A DNA stretch of 64,000 bases from NCBI GenBank assembly GCA_001179505.1, contig CDMY01000277.1, positions 62,001-126,000 on the forward strand. Reading direction: 5' to 3'. Shown here one piece after another: positions 54,916 through 64,000 of the stretch. The notes under the pieces are model-generated. The model saw only the letters and a list, made by a program, of their open reading frames with translations, did no database searches and was not told where the DNA came from. Position 1 is the first letter of the stretch. Each line of letters starts with the position of its first letter. The stretch is from Vitrella brassicaformis CCMP3155. Taxonomy: Eukaryota > Protista > Chromerida. Position numbers and translations under genes: made by a program.

Positions 54916-57900
54916 CTAGAGCCCCTTTCGGCTCGCCCGGTCCTTCTTGTCGCGGAATACCCTGTACATATCCCGCCACCCACTGCCGGCATTGATCAGG
55001 CGGTCCACCACGAAGGCCATGCTGGACTGGAAGTCCGTCAAGGGCACCTCCTGGCTGTCGTCGAAACCCGCGGTGTCGTCCTCGCCGCTGCTCAAGATGT
55101 CGATCGACGACGTTGAGCTGTGATGGAAAGAACCGCCCCTCCGCACTGGAGATGATGTGCCTCCCTGACAAAAACGCATATCAGAGATGCGATGACGAGA
55201 TGTCTCTCCGTCTCAATGGTGGCGTGTGAGCGTACCTTGAGCTCTAATGACGGCAGCAGGACCGTCCGTGCGACGCCAGTGGTAGGGTCGTGTATTGACC
55301 TCTTCCGCGCCTTGTAGACCTCGAAGGTGGACCGCCACAGGAACTCGACCACGTCGGTGGGGATGTTCTGCATGCCCAGCTGCTCGATGATCTCCTGCAT
55401 CGCCTCACTCGTCAGCGTCATGATCTCAGAACAGCACATCTTCCGCTGGTCGCTCTCTAACCGCGCTGTCAGAGAGAGGGACAGCGTCGCCGTCACGCGC
55501 CTCCAGAACGTCCGCGCACGTTGCCCTGACGTCGCGTCGGATGACGGGCTGGCGCCCTCGGTTGCCCTCGACTGGCTCGCCTGGCTGGCCTGAGCACCTC
55601 GTGACTGGCTCGATGGGCCGCTCTCAGGTGTGCTGGCTCTTCCGGAGTCGGCTGGGTCAGTCCCTTTGTCGTCGGCTTGCGGGTCTTCTGGCCACCCTTG
55701 GTCGCCCCGCGAGGCCTTGCGTGGTGTAGGGGATTGAACGGGCATGTGTGTAGGGCCGTGAATTGTCGCTGCACGGCGAGATGAGGATGCCGTCGACTGG
55801 TCGGCGGATGGGACAGTCGTCCAGCATTGCCGCAACATGGCCGTATGCTCTCGTTGGGGGACCTTCTGAGCGGTGACGGGCGAGCAAGGCACCGACTCGT
55901 CATCGTCCCTCTCTGAGCGCGTCTCTTGCACCGCCTGTGTGCTGTCTGTGCTCGCCCGCGGGCGGTAGATCCGTGGCGGGGCGCTGCTGATGGTGGCGGG
56001 CAGGGGCAGTGATGCCGCACGCAGCGCCCAAGAGTCGGTTGTAAGTGTCCGCATCCGGCCGTTGGACGGGGGGCCAGACGGTTCCTTGGTTCTCATAATC
56101 AGGGTGAGCTCTCCGCGCTCCGTGCTGAGACGCACCAGTGGCAGCTTGGCTCTCCTCCTGTCGGTCGACGCTGCGATGCCGAAGGCCATCTTGCGAAGGG
56201 GGCCCAGGGCACTGTCGGTGTTGCTCTTCATCAGCAGAATGGACGTCATGAGGACCTCGAGGGAGTGGTGAATGGTGTGGAAGATGAGGGTGATGATGTG
56301 GAACGAGTTCATAATGACGATAAGCGCCGTCACGGCATAGCCCAGCCCTTTCTGGAAGCCGGGGTCGTCCTCAACCAGCGGGTGACCCGATGTGCTCGAC
56401 AGCAGCATCAGACACCACAGAGAGATGTTCCAAATCAGCAACCCTGAACGAATCGATGAATGAACAAACAGACAGATGAGACAGATGCACGCACCCCACT
56501 GCCATTCGTACCTTGCGCCTCCATGCGATTGAGCAGGTCGAACGTTCTCGAGTCGAAAGGCTTGATTTTGAGCTGCAGGAAGAGTGACAGGCCCGCGATC
56601 AGCTGCCAACACACCAGCTGGATCATCCCATTACCCAGAGACGCACCAACCTGCAGACACACAAACGGAGATACGGACCGAGACATACAGGAAGTGACCG
56701 ACAACCCCCCCACGTCTCTCTGCTGGCCACATCCCCCGCACCCACCTGAGCTATGACCAGAGTTGCAATGCGTCTCAGGGCGAAAACAGCATCATAGAAG
56801 TAGTAGGACCGACGGTAGCCGTTGTACAAGAAGCCGAACATCCGCCTCGTTTGCCGTTTGTAGAGCCGCCCCGACTGCTTGTACGAGCACAGAATGCTCA
56901 GTGCCGCGATGACCGGGCCGAAGGACCACACGCACAGCCCCACGACGGCGACGATGGTGTAAACGAGATGTTCGCGCTTGTAGCACTCGATTGAGGTGTC
57001 GAGCAGTGAGAGGCGGACGGTTGGATAAGGCTTCTCGAGGAGTTTGCCGGGGGGCTCCCACCAGGGGATGGTGGGGAAGGTGCGGCAAGGGAGGATCTCC
57101 AGCAGCTGACGCGTCACGGCTGAGGACGACAGGTATGGACACAACAATACCACGCGACATCTTCGTCTCGTCTGCTGTCTGTGTGCCCGTCTTACTTGGA
57201 TGGATGAATGTGAGGCACACAATCCAGAGCTGAGGGCACAGGAAGTGCCGCCACCATTCTGGTTCGCCCCGCACTTCGCTCTCGAGGCTGTTGGTCGAGC
57301 TCGACCGCCTCGACAGCCCACACCGCCAACTGTGGAATCCCTCTGGTTCTGCCCGTGTGTCCCTCGCTGATGGGTCATCTCTCCGCATGGGACTGCGCGC
57401 CTCGTCCTGTGGTGTCGTCGGTCCACCACGCCAGGGCTTGGAGAAGAGCGATGGCAGGACTTTCCAGAGGCCCCAGCAGAGTGTCGCCACAGCCAGCCAG
57501 AGGAGCGGGAAGGCGATCCATGCGGCCCTCTTGATCAACATGGCCTGCGCCCCAGTCATGTTAAGATCTTCCTTCAGTAGACACTCCCACCTGCGGGTCA
57601 GGCAGACAGCACATTGATGGGACACAAACGTTCTGCTCATCGGCTGTGTCGGCTCACGTGAAGTCTGCTGTCACCACACCACCTGAATGAGATACACAAC
57701 AAAGCGAGAGAACAGCAGATTGCGAAAGCTGCATATGCATCGTGTAGATGTGTGGTGCCTTTTCATACCGTCCCAGCTGAAATACTCTCGCAGGACCTGA
57801 ACGGCTTCGGAGGGCAGCATGTGGCCGCCTTGGACACCGAAGCGCGCCAGCGCGCTCACGACGGTGAAATGATTCAGTGCGATCTTGATCAGCATGCTGA

Positions 57901-60900
57901 TCCGGACAGATGGAGAGACATACACACACGGGCATGTGACATACTTGAATGATGTGCCTTGGCCAGTCTATATGACGCACCTGTGGACCGACGCGCGAGG
58001 CAAAGTGGACGACCTGAGAGAGAAAGAGATCAGCACGACACCCACAAGTGCACCCGGATGCCAATTGAGCTGTGGTCAAGAGAGCGGACCTTTGCGAGAG
58101 CACGGTTGCCGCGAATATGACGGCGAGGATAAGCACGTAGAGGAAGATGGAGAGCAGCACGTTCAAGGCCTTGTTGTTGCATTTCCGGCACAGCCCTAAC
58201 GACGTTCCCACACTCCGCCACCCCCTTTTGCACGACCCACAGAGATGCCCCTCATGTCCCTCCTGCACACACACACACGAGGCGACACGATGCGTGCAGA
58301 GCCGTCATGTGTGTCCCTCTCCCTCCCTATCTCACCTTGCACTTGTTCAGCTTTTCGACCATCGTGTTGTTGTGCCGCACGGACCCCTCACATGCTTCAG
58401 GGATCGGACATTCCACCAATACGGGGCTTGACGTCACGTATGCGTCATACCTGAACAAACGAATCACAAGAGCAACCCCAGAGTGGCCGAAGAGTGGGCC
58501 GACATGTGCACATGCCTACGTCGAGATTGTCAGCAGCAGCTCTAGTGAGCGATTCGGGGCTGTGGGCTCGCCGGCTGTCTCGTAGATGGCGGACAGGTTT
58601 ATCCCCCGCACCATGGCCAGGTGCCCGAGCTCGAGCGGCTGATTGCCGCCCTCCAGCACCGCACGCACTGTGGCAGACGGACCCACTGCCCCGATGCACT
58701 TGACGTCCTTGATCGGCAGAAGAGGCACCGTAAGGTTGACCTTAGTCTCCAGCTCGAAGTACCCCTCGTTCACCATGAAGGCGGCGTGGTAGCCATGAGT
58801 GGAGTCGTCGGCATAGTCAGGCCCACATGGAGCATCTTCTTCTCTGACCCCTTTTGGCAATGGATGGCACTGATTATCTGCACGTTTCCTGGACAATGAG
58901 ACATGCACAAGGGATGTGAGGGTCAACGTGTTTGTTGCTGTTTTTGTCTTACAGGTAGAATCCCTTGTCGCAGAAGCAGTCCTCCCCCTTCGTAGTAGCC
59001 CTTAGGCTGGTGAAGTGTTTGGGGCACTTCTTGCAGCTGGCGTCGTTGCCTTCGGTGTCCTTGTACGTGCCGGCCGGGCATTCGCGACATTTCTTGTCCT
59101 TGAGATCGTAAACCCAGCCCGTGGCACATTCGCATGCCGTCCCGTTATTCGTAGCAACTGTAACCAACACAGGACAACAACGAAACCAGAAAGCATCTCG
59201 ATGACCGCGTCCGTTCATTCATCGGTATCCCCCTCACTCACTCACCAGATCCCTCAGGACACTCCTGGCAATCAACCCAGCCCTTTTCCCGAATCGTGAC
59301 TTGGCCTTGGGGGCATTCGGTGCAGTCGAGGCCCTTGCCCTCATAGCCGTCCTGGCAGCGGCACAGCACTTCCTCCTTCACCGTCACGTCGAGGTCGATC
59401 TGCTGCAGGTAAGGGCATATTTTGGTGCACTCGACGCCTGTTATGTTGTTCTCCTCATAGGGGCGATAGCCGTTAATGTCGGCCGTGAGATGAGCCTCGC
59501 CGTCCCAGCCCGCCTCCAAGAACAGCTGTTCGTGCTCCTCACAAGTCTTGTTGTCATGCTCCTGGATCTGAGCATTCACACACACACACACGTGTACACA
59601 TACACGCCGGTTTTAAGCAGTGCCTGTACTCTGTCTGCAGCGCACCTCTTCCATCCGAAGATCGGGGTTGAGGGTAAAGTTGGCGCGATACATCTTGATC
59701 CAGTTGTGGCGTGCGTCCCATCGTCGCTGCATTGGTTGAACGGTCATGTCGATCGAAGTCAGACTGTTATTGGCCAGGTTCAGGAACACCAAGGACGTGG
59801 GTATCACATCCCTATGCAAAAACAACCAGCCAGGAATAGCGAGATGTATCAACGCCGCATCTCGCCACAGCTCTCTTTGTGTCGTGCTTTGCTTACACTC
59901 CCTCCCTGATCTCCTGTATGGAATTGTTCTTGAGGTTTAGAAGCTGCAGCTGTTCGAAGCCCTTCTTGACGCCCAGGCTGGTGTTGAGAGTGAGGTTTTT
60001 CATGACGTCATCCAGAGTGACTACGTCGTTAAGGGTCTCCACATCCACCACATGTTCGTCAGGGTCGAAGTCATCCACCACAGGCTCATCACTCGGGTTT
60101 GGATCCACCATGCTCATATTCGTGGCGTTCTCCGTCAGCCCATAGGCAGCCATGAACGATTTCTTGAACCGCCGGAATGGTGGCGTGTCGAGTAGCCCTG
60201 TCCGCAGAACCTCGTCCATATCAATCGCGTTCACCCCGTCAGGCGTGAGGGCGCCGTGCAGACCGTTGCTCTCGCCAAAGATGGCATGGATGTAGTCGTT
60301 GTATTTCCAAGGCATCAGGAACTCATCAGCCGTGACGTTGATCTGGTTGCCGCGAAGCGAAAGATACCGGATGGTTGGCCAGTAGGGCGGGGGGTTCTGC
60401 ACAGACACGTACACAGCGGACGTCTCATGGCAGTTTGCGCGCGGTGTGAATGCACCTACCTTGAGGATCTGGGCAACAATGCGGGCTGACGGACTTGGGC
60501 CTGAACAGACAGACAGACAGACGGACAGACGGACAGACATGTTGACGGGTCGCTCCGGCTCGCTCCTGCTCTCTGGCAGCGTCCTGCCTTGACTCGTCTC
60601 CCTCACTGGTGAGTCGAGTGTGAAGTCCAGGGTCGTGTATTCCCCATCCCGAGCCGATACTCTTGATGTGATTGCAACTCAAGAACAGCCGCCGCACTGC
60701 AAACACATTCACATACATGAAAACCACACCGACTCCCCATCCCTCCCCCCTTCCCACCCTCCCTCGTGCCCGCGTGTGTAGTACCTGTCTTAATCCGCCG
60801 CCAATTGGGCGGGATCCGCGGCAGCTTGTTGTTGGATGCGTCCAGATGCACAAGCCTGAAATGATGCACAAAACAAGCCGATTTCAGCCAGCCATCGGTG

Positions 60901-62662
60901 TCGCCTTCCTTCCTTCAGACACTTACGCAGGTGGAATCTCCCATGTCCCGCCTTCCCAGCCCGTAAAGTTGTTCCGCCCCAGCCGCAGCGTGTGCAGACC
61001 GTCCAGCTTGCTGATCCACGCGGGGATGAGTCCTGTGAAGTTGTTGCTCTCCAGCTCGAGCGTGGTCAGGTTCTGCAGGGCCTCGAGAGTGGCAGGCAGC
61101 TCGGATAGATTGGTCCTGCGAAAGATGAGTTCCCTCAGCGACTTCAGATTGTTGAACGAGTCGGGGATCGGGCCAGTTATATTCTGACGAAGACAGCAAC
61201 GCACGATCAAAAAGGAATGAACGCACCAGGGGCGCCCGAGTGAATCGATTGTTGCTGTCTGCCTGACCGGTGAGCCGACGATCTCAAACTCTTCCAGTTT
61301 CGTGTTGGTGCCGTAGAATGGAGGGATGGGCCCCCTGATGTCTCTGCACTCTTGAAGTCGGAAGACAGTGAGGTTCTTCTGCAGCTTGAGAGCAGGGAGC
61401 GGGCCCTCAACGCCAGAGTTCCTGATATCCACTTCCTCAAGCTCCTGGCAGTGATCGAAGGACCCAGTCAGGCGGCCCGTGATGTTCTCGCCTGCCAGCC
61501 TCAAGACGCGCAACGTTCTGCAGGGAGCGGGCCCAGTAGGGCCGTGGTTGAAGAGCGACTGCATGGTGAAATCGAGGTTGGTCTTTATCAGGCTGAGGGA
61601 CTCCAGTGACGTGGTGAAGAGCTCGTGAAAGGAGGGCGGCAGGGTGCCATTGATCGGGGTCTCGTCAATGTAGATGCCGCGGAGGAGCTTCAGCGACGTT
61701 ATGTTGTTGGGAAGGGGGCCACTGATATGGGGACACCGGTCGATATAGAGCACGCGAAGACCGCCCGTACAATTCCGTTCCCCACTTGATGGTTCTGAGC
61801 AACTGGCCTCGAGATTGCCGATCTTCTCGGAGAGTGTGCCTTCGATTGGCGCATTCATCAGGACGACGCCCAGGAGGCCTTTCAGCTCGTATAAGGAATC
61901 GTTCAATGGTGAGCCACCAGGGGGGAACTTCAGCTGCGTCTGGTACACGGGGTCGATGATCACAAAGTATCCCTCCACAAGATCAGGCAAGTCCGTCAGG
62001 AGATGCTCGGGTCCCCGCTCACCTCGCCGATCTACTCGTATGCAGACCATGAAGGGGAGCTCACAGACGGGGAATTGAGCGGGCACGTCGCTAGCCTTGA
62101 TGTTCATGCTCTTGATGAAGTTCCTCAGAGGTTCTTTGGCGTCCTCGTCGCACACGTCGCAGCCCTCGCGGACCAGCTGTATCTTCTCGGGAGGAGCCAT
62201 CCGGTCGCTCATCGCGTGGTACCTCCACAGCAGCTGGATCTTGGATCGGATGATAGACTGCATTGGCCTCGGCGAGCCAGAGGGGGTGCCGTCGAACCAG
62301 TCCGTGTAATTGTACGTCTTATTGGCCCCTCCACCAGCATCTGGGGGTCGAGATGTGGGCCAGCTGTCATCGGGCACCTGCAGACGCCGGTGTGGCGGCA
62401 CGTAGAAAGGGTCCGGTCCTTCCCGAGCTTCAGAGAGGGATCGATAGTAGGGATCGTCATCCAACGTGTCGTCACCATCGCCACCATCACGATAGGGAAA
62501 GGAAGGGTCGCGGGAGGACGCAGCTGGTCGCTCCGGGGAGCGTCCAAGGGCAAAACCAAGACTTCGAGCCCCATCGGTGGCGCTGGATCTGGCCGAGAGG
62601 GTCGACAGAAGAAGAACGGAGAGCAGTGAGGCGCCAGAAAAAGAAGGACGGGTCATTGTCAT
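54916..62662 (-). CDS. Large receptor-like membrane protein: signal peptide, plant-type LRR array, EGF/TNFR-like and GCC2/GCC3 Cys-rich repeats, multipass (~7 TM) domain, long Ser/Thr-rich cytosolic tail
   Basis: MTRPSFSGASLLSVLLLSTLSA; LRRs such as NITGPIPDSFNNLKSLRELIFRRTNLSELPATLEALQNLTTLELESNNFTGLIP; CRCQDGYEGKGLDCTECP; CRECPAGTYKDTEGNDASCKKCPKHFTSLRATTKGEDCFCDKGFY; CEGHEGHLCGSCKRGW...CRKC; TM region IKIALNHFTVVSAL...LDTSIECY...FGFLYNGYRRSYYFYDAVFALRRI. Confidence 0.82.
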
Positions 62663-62873
62663 CAGATCAGGGTCCAGAACAGCACAGTAGTACCTCCCCT
62701 CCCCTAGCGGACCCAAGACGTGACGAGCGAACTGTTCTCCTCTCTCCGGATCGCATCACAGCTCGCAAATGCTTCGAGGCGGAGCCGTGGCTTCCATGCT
62801 TGTGAGCTGAGCTGAGGCGGCTGTGTGGAGTAGTCAGCATCCACATCGCACCGGAAAGGTTGAATCGGACGAG

Positions 62874-64000
62874 ATGGCGTCTGTTCTCCAGGGAATATCG
62901 CTCGGTGAGTGAGAAGGGCACACACTGGCGTCCGCAGCACGCCGCACCCTCTGGATGCGTTTGTGTCGCTTTCCATATCTGTCGTCCGTGCTCGTTGGTT
63001 GGTTGGTTGGTTCAGTGACGAAGGGAGCTCCCGAGTTCTTCATCTGGGAGTGGGAGCTTCAGGCCGGTGTGTGGATATGCTACGACCCCCACATCATCGC
63101 CCAGATAGCCGACCACCGGCTGTTCGACCTCCACCTGGTGCCGGTGGAGATCAACGGGGTCTTCTACGAGATCGACCTCGAGCGCATGGTGCAGCGCCGG
63201 CGGGACACCGGGGCCGTCAAGAAGGTCAGGGAGGTCCGCCTGGGAGGCAGCTGGGTCCTTAAGGGCGGCGCGGGGGAGAAGATCGTATCGCCGCAGAGAG
63301 CGGGGGTCGTCGAGGCCTACAGGAGGATGGGTATGCGGAGAGGGGAGGGAGAGATCGAAATGGGCATATGTGTATATGACTCTGTGTGTGTATGGGTGTG
63401 TCAGGTCCGGGTCGTGATTCGTTTGACATGATGACGATGTTCGCCAACGACAGCTACCCGCCCCGCAAGCTGCACATCAGCATGCAGACGCACACCTGGA
63501 CGGACAAGCTCTCCCCCTCCATCCACGGCACCATCGAGCGCCGCCTCAGAACCCCACTCCCCCTCCCCATCCGCATACTCAACCCGGCACTCTGGGTGCC
63601 AAAGCGGTTCCTGCAGCTGGGCCGCCCGTCGTGCGGCAGCGGCGCCAGCAGCACCGACGCCGACCCCCTGGTCGCATTCGCCCTCTCCCTCCCGCCCTTC
63701 CCCGAGTCGACGGGCTTCACCGACTGGCGGTACATGCCGCACGAGCCCGATTGGCAGCGGCTGGCGTCGCCGCCCGCCCTGGGTGTACCGGGCCACTACG
63801 CGTGGCACCACCCGATCGTCTACTGCCTGGCGTATGGGGCCCACTCGTACCAGGCCAGAGAGGAGACCGTTGACGTCAACGACCTGCTGCCCGGCACTCT
63901 GCTGCGGCTGGACGCCCGCACCGAGAAGAGAGACAAGACAGAGGGGGAGGGAGGGGCAGGGGGAGGGGAAGGTGGAGGGGGGCATGATGACCATCATCAT
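62874..64000 (+). CDS. WWE-domain protein, 5' part; runs off the window end
   Basis: MASVLQGISL|VTKGAPEFFIWEWELQAGVWICYDPHIIAQI...VEINGVFYEIDLERMVQRRRDTGAVKKVR (WWE consensus), then a phase-1 splice to an open exon GPGRDSFDMMTMFANDSYPPRKLH...WHHPIVYCLAYG. Confidence 0.75.

Noticed and set aside
62003-62805. Long plus-strand ORFs opposite LRR exon 1 (similar shadow ORFs lie opposite DrpC and ArgJ)
   Set aside because: Antisense shadows of strongly GC3-biased coding sequence.

Overview
Eukaryotic, GC-rich, intron-dense genomic DNA. Introns are short GT-AG introns packed with (CA)n/(GT)n, (CAGA)n and (GGAT)n microsatellites. Gene content (apicomplexan-type MAPK2 and DrpC, bipartite plastid-type leaders, BTB-TLDc family) points to a chromerid alveolate such as Vitrella brassicaformis; this is an inference, not a database result. 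About 20 spliced genes can be reconstructed by hand: DrpC-like dynamin, a hypothetical protein, a SOUL haem-binding protein, MAPK2 (TGH loop), a BK/Slo K+ channel, ArgJ, BTB-TLDc, an LRRC72-like protein, a multipass membrane protein, an aspartyl protease, a claudin-like protein plus a downstream ORF, a tandem CHHC zinc-finger (GTSF1-like) protein, a PUB-UBX protein, two small secreted Cys-rich proteins, an inverted pair of secreted proteins, a large LRR/EGF/GCC-7TM receptor-like protein and a WWE protein. There are two ~300-nt N gaps. Most genes sit in tight head-to-head pairs. The most striking feature is the inverted pair at 50510-53351. These are short secreted proteins ending in a MYRF/phage-tailspike intramolecular chaperone (ICA, peptidase S74)-like domain plus coiled coil. 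The cleavage-site Ser is kept but the catalytic Lys appears lost. The chaperone modules are near-identical while the N-termini are divergent. The pair lies in a repeat-rich island of small secreted genes that share GTTAAC/TAACG promoter motifs. No rRNA, tRNA, CRISPR array or intact transposon could be supported. All exon boundaries and protein family calls were made by eye from the sequence and from remembered family motifs.
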